A DNA stretch of 37,433 bases, taken from Rhodospirillales bacterium. GTDB taxonomy: Bacteria > Pseudomonadota > Alphaproteobacteria > Rhodospirillales > HT1-32. The notes beneath the pieces were generated by a model. The model was not told where the DNA came from. It was given only the letters and a program-made list of their open reading frames with translations, and made no database searches. The stretch spans positions 1 to 37,433 of the forward strand of contig JAVKCR010000114.1 in the NCBI GenBank assembly GCA_040222645.1. Reading direction: 5' to 3'. This document shows, in pieces, positions 1-9,589 of the stretch. The position numbers and the translations under genes are program-made. Position 1 is the stretch's first letter. The number at the start of each line of letters is the position of its first letter.

Positions 1-363
1 GTTGCCGCCGCCGGTGCCGGTGGAGACGAAAGCCGAGCCGACCTTGCCGACCAGCTTGCCCTGCGCCCAGAGCCCGCCGGTCTGGTCGAGGAAGTTGCGC
101 ATCTGCGAGGCCATGTTGCCGAACCGGGTCGGCGTGCCGAAGATGATCGCGTCATATTGTTCGAGATCGGCGGGGCTTGCCACCGGCGCATCCTGGTCGA
201 GCTTGTAGTGGCTGTCGCGGGCAACCTTTTCCGGGACCAGTTCGGGCACCCGCTTGATGTCGACGGTGACGCCGCCCACTTCCGCGGCGCCCTCGGCGAC
301 GGCCTTCGCCATGGTCTCGATATGGCCCCATGTGGAATAGTAGAGAACCAGAACCTTGGTCAT
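1..363 (-). CDS. wrbA: NAD(P)H:quinone oxidoreductase WrbA (flavodoxin-like), 3' end runs off the window
   Basis: Absent from the ORF track because it has no stop in the window. Manual minus-strand translation from ATG at 363 gives [41 protein letters not shown]...[60 protein letters not shown] upstream. Confidence 0.95.
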   Translation of the reverse strand, partial: MTKVLVLYYSTWGHIETMAKAVAEGAAEVGGVTVDIKRVPELVPEKVARDSHYKLDQDAPVASPADLEQYDAIIFGTPTRFGNMASQMRNFLDQTGGLWAQGKLVGKVGSAFVSTGTGGGN

Positions 364-451
364 TGATCTTCTCCTGAATCGGAATGGATATGTCTGTGCC
401 AAGGAGATAATTGTTTGTCCCGGAATATATAAGCCGGTATTTTTTCACAAT

Positions 452-473
452 ATTGTTTCCGTGTGAGAACAAT
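452..473. promoter_or_regulatory. Probable LysR recognition site (ATTGTT-N10-AACAAT inverted repeat) overlapping the LysR start codon
   Basis: attgtttccgtgtgagaacaat in the AT-rich wrbA/LysR divergent intergenic region; contains a T-N11-A core; position typical of an autoregulatory LTTR site. Confidence 0.6.
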
Positions 474-1383
474 GAGCGATCGTCTCCAGGGTATCGAGAT
501 TTTCGTCGCGGTGGTCGATACCGGCAGCTTCACCGCGGCCGCCGGTCGGCTCGGCCTGTCGAAATCCGCGGTCAGCAAGCATGTCACCGCGCTGGAGGAC
601 CGGCTCGGTGCCCGGCTGATGAACCGCACCACGCGGCGTCTCAGCCTGACCGAGGAGGGCCGCGCCTATTACGACCGCTGCGCCGCCGTGCTGGCGGAAC
701 TCGGCGAGGCGGAACTGGCGGTCAGCCGGCTCTCCCACACGCCGCGCGGAACGCTCAGGGTCAATGCGCCGATGTCCTTCGGCATCCTGCAGCTGGCGCC
801 GGCGCTGGCGGCCTTCCAGTCGCTCTATCCCGACCTGCATGTCGACGTGACGCTGAACGACCGGCTGGTCGACGTGGTGGATGAGGGCTACGACGTCGCC
901 ATCCGCATCTCTCGGCTGCCGGATTCGAGCCTGATCGCCCGCCGCCTCGCCACCTGCCGGCTGATCACCGCCGCCAGCCCCGGCTATCTCGCCGAGCATG
1001 GCCGGCCGGCGCATCCGCGCGACCTCGCCCGTCACCGGGTGATGGTCTACAGCTACCAGGCCAGTCCAAGGGAACTGCAATATAAGGAACTGGGAGCGCC
1101 GCTCACCGTGACGATCGATCCGGCGGTGATCGCCAATAACGGCGATTTCCTTGCCTGCATGGCGGCATCGGGGCACGGCATCCTGCGCAGTCCCTCCTTC
1201 ATCCTCGGCAACCCGATCCGCGCGGGCCAGCTTGAGCCGATCCTAGAGGAATTCGAGGCAGACCCGATCGCGATCTACGCGATCTACCCGCACAACCGTC
1301 ACCTGTCGTCCAAGGTCCGCCTGTTCATCGACTTCCTCGCCAGCCGCTTCCGCGACCCGCCGCCCTGGGACGAGGGAATCTGA
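472..1383 (+). CDS. LysR-family transcriptional regulator (CrgA/DmlR-like), probable regulator of wrbA
   Basis: wHTH GSFTAAAGRLGLSKSAVSKHVTALEDRLGARLMNRTTRRLSLTEEG; PRGTLRVNAP; C-terminal SSKVRLFIDFL. ATG 472 preferred over GTG 463. Confidence 0.95.
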   Translation: MSDRLQGIEIFVAVVDTGSFTAAAGRLGLSKSAVSKHVTALEDRLGARLMNRTTRRLSLTEEGRAYYDRCAAVLAELGEAELAVSRLSHTPRGTLRVNAPMSFGILQLAPALAAFQSLYPDLHVDVTLNDRLVDVVDEGYDVAIRISRLPDSSLIARRLATCRLITAASPGYLAEHGRPAHPRDLARHRVMVYSYQASPRELQYKELGAPLTVTIDPAVIANNGDFLACMAASGHGILRSPSFILGNPIRAGQLEPILEEFEADPIAIYAIYPHNRHLSSKVRLFIDFLASRFRDPPPWDEGI

Positions 1384-1389
1384 GAAATC

Positions 1390-3495
1390 CTACTTCCCTT
1401 CCCGCCGCCAGGCGAGGACGAGCAGCGCGAGCAGCAGGGCCAGCGCCGCGAGGGGCGGGGCGGCCGGGGTGCGGGTGACGCCGGTGACCACGTAATCCTC
1501 GTTGCGGATGACGCCGAGGAAGCCGTCGCCGGAACGGCTGGCGTCCTTGCGGGTGCGCCGGAGCGCCGGGTTCGGGTCGTCGGCGAGCCAGCGATGGGCG
1601 CCGCCGGAGGCCTCGACCAGCCGGGCCAGCGGCTCCGGCGAGGACCGCACGTCGAAGAACTCCACCGGGTTGATGTCGCCCACCGCGACCAGCGTCTCCA
1701 GCCCCTCGCCCCGGAGGCCGTAGAGGCCGGGCTCGGTCGCCGTCACCGTCGCGGTGGCGATGCCGTTGCGGTCGGGCTCGAGGCGTATCGGCTCCTCGCT
1801 GCCGTCGGGGCGGGTCAGCGTCACGTCGGCGGGGCCCGGGGTCAGCGAACGGCGTTGGATGCGCAGATTGTCGCCCTCGGAGCGGGCGACGAGGCTGTTC
1901 TCCTCGAGATCCGGTTCCTTCATCAGCCAGTGGGCGACGCGGCGCAGCAGTTCCGGCGCCGGTCCCCCGCCTTCGAAGCCGCGGGACCAGAGCCAGATAT
2001 GGTCGCTCAGCAGCATCGCGACCCGTCCGCCCTCGCGCCGGGCGTCGGCGGGGGCGGCGGAATTGCCGTTGTCCGGCCGGCTCATCACCAGCATCGGGCC
2101 GGAGGGACCGTTCATCAGCACGTCGCCGGCGCGCGGCACGGCGCCGATCTGGCGGAACCAGCGGCCCCAGCGCGGTTCGTCGCCGACATCCGCCGCACCG
2201 AGGATATCGGCGGTCACCGGGTGACGGGCGCCGGTCTCGGTGACCCGCGTGCGGAACCCGGCCTCCAGCACGTCGCCGGTCGGTTCCGCCGGCAGCACGT
2301 CGCCGAGCGGGGTCGAGGCGAGCGACAGGTTGGTGGCGTATTCCGGCCCGACGGCGAGCAGCAGCGCACCACCCTCGCGGACATATTGCGCGATGTTGCC
2401 GAGATAGATCGGGGGCAGCACGCCGCGGCGGCGGTAGCGGTCGAAGATGATCAGGTCGAATTCCTGCAGCTTCACCTCGAACAGCTCGCGGATCGGAAAC
2501 GCGATCAGCGCCAGTTCGCGCAGCGGCGTACGGTCGGCCTTCTCGGGCGGGCGGAGAATGGTGAAATGGACGAGATCGACCGCCGGGTCGCTCTTCAACA
2601 GGTTGCGCCAGGTGCGTTCGCCCGGATGCGGCTCGCCGGAGACCAGCAGCACGCGCAGCCGGTCGCGCACGCCGTTGACCGGCAGCACGGCGCGGTTGTT
2701 GCGCAGCGTGAGCTCGTCGGGAAGGCCCGCCGCCTCGAACTCGAAGATGTTCTCGCCCGCATGCGGGATATCCAGCGGCAGCACCACCTTCTGACCGGCC
2801 CAGACATTCAGGGTATCGATCAGCCTGCCGTCGCGGCGCACCAGGATCTGCGCCGGCGTGCCGTAGGCGCCGCCGAGATCCTCGACCGTCATCGAGACCT
2901 CGACCTGCTTGCCGACGAGGCCGAAATTCGGCGCCTGGTCGATCACCAGCCGGCGGTCGATGCCGCTCTTCTCTCCGGTCAGCAGCACGTGGATGGGACT
3001 GGCGGTGCGGTCATCCGGTTCCGGAAGCCCGTGGACCTGGCCGTCGGTGATGACGAAGGTCGCCGCCAGCCGGCCGTCGGTAATGCCGGAGACCGCGCGG
3101 TCCGTGGCCTCGAACAGGTGGGTGCCCGGCGCCTTTTCCGAACGCCCGTCGGTGCGCACGATGCGGACCTCGAGATCGCGGAACGCCGCCAGCGCCTCGC
3201 TCAGTGACTTGAGCGCCGCCTCGCTGCGGGCCGGGCGGTCGCCGATACGCTGGCTCGGCGAATCGTCGACCACGATGACCGCGACATCGGCGATCGGGCG
3301 CCGCGTCTCGCTGACCAGCTGCGGGTTGGCCAGCGCCAACAGTACCGCCGCCATCGCCAGCGGGCGCAGCAGCGCGCCCGGCGTACGGCGCCAGCCGGCA
3401 TAGAGCGACAGCAGCAGCGTCGCCGCCGCGATCGCCCAGAGCCAGAGCGGGTCGACCAGCGGCGTGAAGACGAGATCCGACAGCGCGTCCGTCAT
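1390..3495 (-). CDS. Membrane protein with vWA-like (MIDAS) and class I glutamine-amidotransferase-like domains; last gene of the MoxR operon
   Basis: N-terminal and C-terminal TM segments; VVDDSPSQ and ITDGQVH MIDAS-like motifs; RLRVLLVSGEPHPGERTWRNLLKSDPAVDLVHFTILRPPEK typical of this alphaproteobacterial family; 4-nt overlap with the upstream gene. Confidence 0.85.
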   Translation of the reverse strand: MTDALSDLVFTPLVDPLWLWAIAAATLLLSLYAGWRRTPGALLRPLAMAAVLLALANPQLVSETRRPIADVAVIVVDDSPSQRIGDRPARSEAALKSLSEALAAFRDLEVRIVRTDGRSEKAPGTHLFEATDRAVSGITDGRLAATFVITDGQVHGLPEPDDRTASPIHVLLTGEKSGIDRRLVIDQAPNFGLVGKQVEVSMTVEDLGGAYGTPAQILVRRDGRLIDTLNVWAGQKVVLPLDIPHAGENIFEFEAAGLPDELTLRNNRAVLPVNGVRDRLRVLLVSGEPHPGERTWRNLLKSDPAVDLVHFTILRPPEKADRTPLRELALIAFPIRELFEVKLQEFDLIIFDRYRRRGVLPPIYLGNIAQYVREGGALLLAVGPEYATNLSLASTPLGDVLPAEPTGDVLEAGFRTRVTETGARHPVTADILGAADVGDEPRWGRWFRQIGAVPRAGDVLMNGPSGPMLVMSRPDNGNSAAPADARREGGRVAMLLSDHIWLWSRGFEGGGPAPELLRRVAHWLMKEPDLEENSLVARSEGDNLRIQRRSLTPGPADVTLTRPDGSEEPIRLEPDRNGIATATVTATEPGLYGLRGEGLETLVAVGDINPVEFFDVRSSPEPLARLVEASGGAHRWLADDPNPALRRTRKDASRSGDGFLGVIRNEDYVVTGVTRTPAAPPLAALALLLALLVLAWRREGK

Positions 3496-6197
3496 TGTCC
3501 GAGCCGCTCCATGATCGCCGGCACATGCACCTGGTCGGCCTTGTAGTTGCCGGTCAGCGCGTACATCACGAGGTTGACGCCGAAACGGTAGGCCATCTCG
3601 CGCTGCACGTCGCCGCCGGGCGACACCGCGTAGATCGGCCGGCCGCTGTCGTCCACCGCCCAGGCCGACGCCCAGTCATTGACCCCGATGACCACCGAGG
3701 ACACCCCGTCATTCGCGGCGGCGGCATCGCGCTCGACCCAGACCTGGTTGCCGGCCCAGCGCCCGGGGAAATCGTTCAGCAGGTAGAAGGAACGGGTCAG
3801 CACATGGCCCTCCTCCACCGGCTCCAGCGGCGGCACGTTCAGGCCGCGCAGCAACTGCGCGAGCGAGGCGCCGCCCAGCCCGTCGCCGAGCGCCTGGTCG
3901 ATCAGCAGCAGGCCGCCGTTCTTGAGATAGTCGTTCACCCGCCCGACCGCGTAGTCGCTCAGCCCCTGCTGCTGGCGTTCGACCCGCCAGTAGATCATCG
4001 GGAAGAAGGAGAGGTCGTCGCGTTCCGGGTTGACCATCACCGGCTCGCCGAGATCGGTCGCCGAGCGCCGGTTGAGCGCGTCGGTCAGCCCGACGAGGCC
4101 GGCGCGCGACACGCTGTTGGCGGCCGGCACGCCGGTATCCATCGCCGCCAGACGGGTCTGCAGCGAGGCCTCCATGGCGAAGCGGTCGTCGGTGCGCGCG
4201 GTCTGGGCCGAGGCCTCGTTCCAGGGAACGCCGGCAAGCAGGGCCGCCCCCAGCAGGCTGGCGGTCAGCGCCGGGCGGAACAGGCCGCGCAGGCCAAGCG
4301 CGATGACGAAATCGACGAGCAGCAGGAGCGCCGCGGCCAGCAGCAGCGCCGGTTTGAAATCAACCTCGTCGCTGGCCCCGAAGGTCTCGACGATGGCGCC
4401 GGCCGGCCAGGCATCGATGGCTTCGAACGGCCGGTCCGTATTGCCGATATTCAAGGCCAGCGTCGCCCCGTCCGCCCCGTAGAGGCCGGGAGGATGGCGC
4501 GGGCCGATCTCGGGCAGGCTGTCGCCGCCCCCGGTTTCGACAGGCTGCACGCCGACCGGCGGGGCGCCGAGGAATCCGAAGCCGTCGAAAGTCGCGACCG
4601 GTGGCAGGACCGCCTGGCCGGTATCGGTCAGCACGCCGCGGCTCTCGGAAATGATCCGGCGCAGCATGTCGACGAACAGGCCGGAAATCGGCAGGTCCGA
4701 CCATTGCGAATTGGCGGTGACATGGAACAGCACCAGCTGGCCGTCGCCGCGGCGTTCCGCGGTGACCAGCGGCGTGCCGTCGACCAGCGTCGCCCAGGTC
4801 TTCTCGGGCAGGTCGAGGGAGGGTTCGGCCAGCACCTGCTGGCGGACGCGCACATCCTGCGGCACGGCGAGGCCATGGAACGGGCTTGCCGCCGGGAACG
4901 GCGCCAGCCCTACCGGACGCGCCCAGGACATCGCGCCGCCGAGCGAGCGGCCGCCGGACCGCAGGCGTACCGGCAGCAGGCTGTCCGGCTGGCGCGCGAC
5001 CGAGGGGCCGGCGAAGCGGACCATCACGCCGCCGTCGCGGATCCAGCCGTCGAGCGCCGAGAGATCGGTCTCCGTCAGCCCGGCATAATCCGGCATCACC
5101 AGCACCGAGAGCTTGCTCTCCACCAGCGCCGGGTAGTCGCCCTCGCGAATCTCGGCGAAGGGTTCCAGCGCCTTGCGGAGATAATAGCGCGGGCCGAGCA
5201 GCGGCTGGGTATCGACGGCGGAGGTCGCCACCAGCCCGACCGGGCGGCGGCGCCAGCGATCGTCGGTCAGCGCGACCGTGCCGGCGCTGCGGCCATCCTG
5301 CAGTTCGATCCGAGCGATGCGGTTGCGCAGGTCGACCGGCAGCACGAAGGCGCCCGTGGCGCTGGTTTCGCCGATCCCGAAACGGACGGTCGCGATGCCG
5401 AGGCCCTTGCCGTCCGCATCGACCGCGCGCACCACGGCGGAATATTCACCCTGGTCGGTCGCGCGCCGCACGGTGGCCAGCACGCTGTCGCCGTCGATCA
5501 CCGGCGGCAGCAGCATCAGCGGACCGCGAATGTCGGCCGTATGGAAGATCCGCACCCCGCCGGTCTGCTGCAGCCGGGCGGCGAAATCCTCGGCATCGTC
5601 GCTGGCGATGCCGTCCGAGATCCAGACCGCGTTGGCCGGCCCGTCGAGACCGAGCGCCTCGACGCGCTCGAACAATCCGCTGCGGTCACCCTGCCAGGGC
5701 ATCGGCTTGAGACCGCGCACGGCGGTGCGCGCATCATCGGCCGACATCAACCCGGCGAAGCGGGATGGTTCGCCCGCCGCCGGGTCCGAGAGGCTCGGCA
5801 GCACGGCGACCGGCTTACCTGTCCGGTCCGCCTCGTCGATCAGGCCGAGCATGGTCTCGACGCGGCGCTCCCAGTCCGGCGCCGCCGTCCAGCCGTTGTC
5901 GACGGCCAGCACCAGCGGCCCGGAGGCCGGCAGGCGATTGGCGAGATTCCAGACCGGGTGGGCGATACCGATGATCAGGAGCGCGGCCACGATCAGCCGC
6001 AACAGCAGCAGCCACCAGGGGGTATGCGCCGGCGTTTCCTGCTGCGCCAGCAGCCCGGCAAGCAGGCGGAGCGGCGGGAAGGAGACCCGTTGCGGCGCCG
6101 GCGGCACCGCGCGCAGCAGCCACCAGAGCACGGGCAGCGCGGCAAGCGCGACCAGCGCCAGCGGCACCGCGAAAGAGAGTGCGCCGAGCGACATCAT
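3492..6197 (-). CDS. BatA N-terminal domain / vWA-like / DUF4159 membrane protein
   Basis: BatA-type N-terminus (LWWLLRAVPPAPQRVSFPPLRLL...TPWWLLLLRL); C-terminal DUF4159 signature HVLTRSFYLL...NDWASAWA...AYRFGVNLVMYALTGNYKADQVH. Confidence 0.88.
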   Translation of the reverse strand: MMSLGALSFAVPLALVALAALPVLWWLLRAVPPAPQRVSFPPLRLLAGLLAQQETPAHTPWWLLLLRLIVAALLIIGIAHPVWNLANRLPASGPLVLAVDNGWTAAPDWERRVETMLGLIDEADRTGKPVAVLPSLSDPAAGEPSRFAGLMSADDARTAVRGLKPMPWQGDRSGLFERVEALGLDGPANAVWISDGIASDDAEDFAARLQQTGGVRIFHTADIRGPLMLLPPVIDGDSVLATVRRATDQGEYSAVVRAVDADGKGLGIATVRFGIGETSATGAFVLPVDLRNRIARIELQDGRSAGTVALTDDRWRRRPVGLVATSAVDTQPLLGPRYYLRKALEPFAEIREGDYPALVESKLSVLVMPDYAGLTETDLSALDGWIRDGGVMVRFAGPSVARQPDSLLPVRLRSGGRSLGGAMSWARPVGLAPFPAASPFHGLAVPQDVRVRQQVLAEPSLDLPEKTWATLVDGTPLVTAERRGDGQLVLFHVTANSQWSDLPISGLFVDMLRRIISESRGVLTDTGQAVLPPVATFDGFGFLGAPPVGVQPVETGGGDSLPEIGPRHPPGLYGADGATLALNIGNTDRPFEAIDAWPAGAIVETFGASDEVDFKPALLLAAALLLLVDFVIALGLRGLFRPALTASLLGAALLAGVPWNEASAQTARTDDRFAMEASLQTRLAAMDTGVPAANSVSRAGLVGLTDALNRRSATDLGEPVMVNPERDDLSFFPMIYWRVERQQQGLSDYAVGRVNDYLKNGGLLLIDQALGDGLGGASLAQLLRGLNVPPLEPVEEGHVLTRSFYLLNDFPGRWAGNQVWVERDAAAANDGVSSVVIGVNDWASAWAVDDSGRPIYAVSPGGDVQREMAYRFGVNLVMYALTGNYKADQVHVPAIMERLGQ

Positions 6198-7126
6198 CGC
6201 GGCAACCTTTCGCCGAGGCGGATATAGAGCGCCATCAGCGCCGATTCCGGCGACTTGTCGGTACGGTGCATTGTGAAACCCCAGTTGCAGGCGTCGCAGA
6301 TCGCCTCCAGCCCGGCGCGGTGCTGCTGCAGCCGTTCTCGGTAGGCCTGCTTCAGGGTCTCGGCGCGGCCGACGAGCTGGCTCGCCTCGCCTTCGAGACC
6401 GTCGAACCGGACCCGGCCGGAGAACGGCCAGATTTCCTCAACCGGGTCGGCGATCTGCATCAGCAGGCCGTCGACGCCCTGGGCAGAAAGCGTGCGCACG
6501 GCCGCCGCGGTCTTTTCCAGCGGGTCGAGAAAATCGCCGAACAGCACGGCGCGGGAATAGCGCGGCAGGTTGGTGCGGCCGGGAATGCCGTCGGTCGCGC
6601 CCTTGTCCTTGCCGAATCCTGACGCCAGGCGCGACAGCGCCAGCCGGCCGGTCGAGGGCAAATCATGGCGGTCGAGCCGGGCGATGCGTTCGCCGGCGCG
6701 GATCATCAGGCTGGCCAGCGCCACCGCCAGCAATTCGGCCCGGTCCCGCTTGGTCGGGAGGTTGCGCGACGAGGCATATTCCATGGAGGGCGAGGAATCG
6801 CGCCAGAGCCAGACGGATTGAGCCGCCTCCCACTCGAACTCGCGGACATAGACATGCTCGCGCTTCGCCGATTGCCGCCAGTCGATGGAGGCGGGCGTAT
6901 CGCCCGGCTGGTACTGGCGGAACTGCCAGAAGGTCTCGCCAAGCCCGACCCGTCGTCGGCCATGCACCCCTTGCGCCACCGTGTGCGCGACCCTCTCCGC
7001 GCGCACCAGCAAGGGCGGCAGACCGGCGGCGGAGACTTCCGCCCGGCCCTGGAGGTTTCGCGCGGTGCGGGGTTCAGGCAACAACTGTGCAGAGCTTCCG
7101 GATGATGTCGCTGATGTCGATGCCAT
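6194..7126 (-). CDS. DUF58 (vWA-associated) protein
   Basis: GVHGRRRVGLGETFWQFRQYQPGD...IDWRQSAK...YVREFEWE; MIDAS DSSPS. Start uncertain (ATG 7126 or TTG 7084). Confidence 0.92.
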   Translation of the reverse strand: MASTSATSSGSSAQLLPEPRTARNLQGRAEVSAAGLPPLLVRAERVAHTVAQGVHGRRRVGLGETFWQFRQYQPGDTPASIDWRQSAKREHVYVREFEWEAAQSVWLWRDSSPSMEYASSRNLPTKRDRAELLAVALASLMIRAGERIARLDRHDLPSTGRLALSRLASGFGKDKGATDGIPGRTNLPRYSRAVLFGDFLDPLEKTAAAVRTLSAQGVDGLLMQIADPVEEIWPFSGRVRFDGLEGEASQLVGRAETLKQAYRERLQQHRAGLEAICDACNWGFTMHRTDKSPESALMALYIRLGERLPR

Positions 7127-8093
7127 CGGCGCGGGCGGCGAAGTTCAGCGCCATGCGGTGACGCAGGACCGGTTCCGAGATCGCGATGACGTCGTCCACC
7201 GACGGCGCCAGGCGGCCATGCAGCACCGCGCGGGCGCGGGCGCAGAGCATGAAGGCCTGGCTGGCGCGCGGCCCCGGCCCCCAGGAGACGTTGGCGGCGA
7301 CGTCCGGCAGGTCCGAACTGCCGGGTCGGCCGGCGCGGACCAGTTTCAGCACCGCCTCGACCACGCCCTCACCGACCGGCACGTGGCGAACCAGCTTCTG
7401 GGCGGCGAGCAGTTCCCTGGCATCGAACACCTTGCGGGCGACAACGGATTCGGCGCCGGTGGTCTTCGCCAGCACCATCTTTTCCGAATCGTGGTCCGGA
7501 TAGCCGACATTGATCTGGATGAGGAAGCGGTCGAGCTGGGCCTCCGGCAGCGGGTAGGTGCCTTCCTGCTCGATCGGGTTCTGGGTCGCCACCACGTGGA
7601 ACGGTTTCGGCAGCTTGTGGATCTCGCCGGCCACCGCGATGGTGTGTTCCTGCATCGCCTGCAGCAGCGCCGACTGGGTGCGCGGGCTGGCACGGTTGAT
7701 CTCGTCGGCCATCAGCATCTGGCAGAACACCGGGCCCTTGATGAAGCGGAACGACCGCTTGCCGTCCTCATGCTCCTCGAGAACCTCGGAGCCGACGATG
7801 TCCGCCGGCATCAGGTCGGGGGTGAACTGAACCCGCTTGTCGTCGAGGCCGAGTACGGTCGCCAGCGTCTGCACCAGCAGCGTCTTGCCGAGGCCCGGCA
7901 CGCCCACCAGCAGGCAGTGGCCGCCGGAAAGCAGCGCGATCAGCGCCTGCTCGATGACCTCGTCCTGGCCGTAGATGATTTCGCCGATATGGTTCCGGAC
8001 ATCGCGCATGCGGCCCGCGAGGCGATCGAGTTCGGCCGCGAGATCTTCCGCGTCCATGGATTTTTCGAGTGTGTCAGTCGGGCTCTTGCTCAC
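7074..8093 (-). CDS. moxR: MoxR-family AAA+ ATPase
   Basis: Walker A GVPGLGKT, RVQFTPDLMPAD, Walker B MADEINRA, ATQNPIEQEGTYPLPEAQLDRF. Start GTG 8093 or ATG 8057. Confidence 0.95.
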   Translation of the reverse strand: MSKSPTDTLEKSMDAEDLAAELDRLAGRMRDVRNHIGEIIYGQDEVIEQALIALLSGGHCLLVGVPGLGKTLLVQTLATVLGLDDKRVQFTPDLMPADIVGSEVLEEHEDGKRSFRFIKGPVFCQMLMADEINRASPRTQSALLQAMQEHTIAVAGEIHKLPKPFHVVATQNPIEQEGTYPLPEAQLDRFLIQINVGYPDHDSEKMVLAKTTGAESVVARKVFDARELLAAQKLVRHVPVGEGVVEAVLKLVRAGRPGSSDLPDVAANVSWGPGPRASQAFMLCARARAVLHGRLAPSVDDVIAISEPVLRHRMALNFAARADGIDISDIIRKLCTVVA

Positions 8094-8164
8094 TATATGC
8101 TCTCCGTTACCATGGCGGCGTTGCGAACTGCCGTATCAGCGTTTGGAAAATTCTCGGCCAAATT

Positions 8165-8728
8165 ATGGCGCAAGGGCAAGATGACATCACGAAAATGCCG
8201 CCGGCGGCGGACGGCCCCGTCGGAATCGCGGCGGGACGGTTCCTCTGCGGCGACATCAACATGCGCATTGCCCGGGACGGTACCTGGTTCTACCAGGGTT
8301 CCCCGATCGGCAGGAAGGAACTGGTAAAGCTGTTCTCCACCGTCCTGAAACGCGACGACGCGGGAACGTACTGGCTGATAACGCCAGCCGAGACCGCCTC
8401 TATCGAGGTGGACGACCTTCCCTTCATGGCAGTGGAAATGACCGTCGAGGGCAAGGGGCAAGATCAGCGACTCCAGTTCAGGACCAATCTAGACGATATC
8501 GTGACGGTCGATGAGGAACATCCACTCGGCTGCGATCACGATGCCGTGACGGGCGAACCTCGGCCGTGGGTCCGGATCAGGGACCGACTGGATGCCCGCA
8601 TCGCGCGCGCCGTCTTCTATGATCTGGTGGCGCTCGGCACGGAAGGGAAGGGGGAATGGGAAGGTAATCTTGGGGTCTGGTCCTCGGGGCGTTTCTGGCC
8701 GATCGGACAATTGGAGGAGACGACGTGA
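8165..8728 (+). CDS. DUF1285 family protein
   Basis: CGDINMRIARDGTWFYQGSPIGRKELVKLFS...YWLITPAE...FRTNLDD...RLDARIARAVFYDLV; ATG 8165 in frame with the ORF-track call; usual position divergent from moxR. Confidence 0.88.
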   Translation: MAQGQDDITKMPPAADGPVGIAAGRFLCGDINMRIARDGTWFYQGSPIGRKELVKLFSTVLKRDDAGTYWLITPAETASIEVDDLPFMAVEMTVEGKGQDQRLQFRTNLDDIVTVDEEHPLGCDHDAVTGEPRPWVRIRDRLDARIARAVFYDLVALGTEGKGEWEGNLGVWSSGRFWPIGQLEETT

Positions 8729-9300
8729 TCCGTCAACGGATTGAAGACAGGCTGTTAAAGTCCGACCCGGCGCAGCAGGACCCCGGCTATACCTTCGTGC
8801 AGGCCCGGCGCCCGGCGGCGGTGCTGGTGCCCATCATCGTGCGCCCCGGCGGACCGACGGTGCTGTTCACCCAGCGCACGGCGCATCTGCATGACCATGC
8901 CGGCCAGGTGAGCTTTCCCGGCGGCCGCATTGAACCCGATGACCGCGACCCGGAACACACCGCCCTGCGCGAGACCGAGGAGGAAGTCGGCATCGCCCCG
9001 GACCGGGTGGAACTGGTCGGCCGGCTGGCGGAGTACAACACCGGCACGGGTTTCACGGTCACCCCGGTGGTCGGGATCGTGATGCCGCCGTTCGAGATCG
9101 TCCCCGATCCGTTCGAGGTCGCCGAAGTGTTCGAGGTGCCGCTCGACCTGCTGTCCAATCTCGGTCACTATTCCTTCCACATGCGGGTGCGCGGCGGCCG
9201 GCTTCGCCGCTTCTACCAGATCGAGCATGACAACAAGATCATCTGGGGCGCCACGGCCGGCATGCTTCGCAACCTTGCCCGTGTCCTGGCGGAAGACTGA
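8725..9300 (+). CDS. nudL: CoA pyrophosphatase (Nudix, NudL/PCD1 subfamily)
   Basis: Nudix box GGRIEPDDRDPEHTALRETEEEVG; upstream NuCoA motif LFTQRTAHLHDHAGQVSFPGG; IWGATAGML. Confidence 0.92.
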   Translation: MIRQRIEDRLLKSDPAQQDPGYTFVQARRPAAVLVPIIVRPGGPTVLFTQRTAHLHDHAGQVSFPGGRIEPDDRDPEHTALRETEEEVGIAPDRVELVGRLAEYNTGTGFTVTPVVGIVMPPFEIVPDPFEVAEVFEVPLDLLSNLGHYSFHMRVRGGRLRRFYQIEHDNKIIWGATAGMLRNLARVLAED

Positions 9301-9569
9301 TGCGTATCCTTCTCACCATTCTCCTGCCGCTGATCACGCCGTTCATTTTCTACGCCTTCTGGGTCGCCTGGATGCGGCGACGCGAGGATGCCGGGCAGCC
9401 GGTGACCCGGATGCAGGCCAACCGGCTGGTGCTCTGCTTCGTGCTCGGGGCCATGCTGGCCGGCGCGGCGCTGTTCCTGACCGCCTGGACCGGCTCGTCG
9501 CCGGCGGACAGCAAATATGTGCCGCCCCGGCTGGAAAACGGGCGTATCATCCCCGGCCATCACGAATAG
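9300..9569 (+). CDS. Small two-TM membrane protein (DUF6111-like)
   Basis: Two hydrophobic helices and C-terminal YVPPRLENGRIIPG; coupled to nudL via TGATG; usual position between nudL and cca. Confidence 0.75.
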   Translation: MRILLTILLPLITPFIFYAFWVAWMRRREDAGQPVTRMQANRLVLCFVLGAMLAGAALFLTAWTGSSPADSKYVPPRLENGRIIPGHHE

Positions 9570-9589
9570 CCGGAATCACATAAAGTATC

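Noticed and set aside
1594-8327. Very long plus-strand ORFs (537, 910, 480 aa) antisense to the MoxR operon; similar ones at 14912-16516, 18237-20009, 24920-26992, 32023-33744 and 33855-35669
   Set aside because: Codon-register shadow ORFs of real high-GC3 genes; no recognisable motifs.
8165-8728. Atypical codon usage of the DUF1285 gene suggesting horizontal transfer
   Set aside because: The gene sits in its usual conserved position between moxR and nudL with no mobility signatures; low expression is a simpler explanation.
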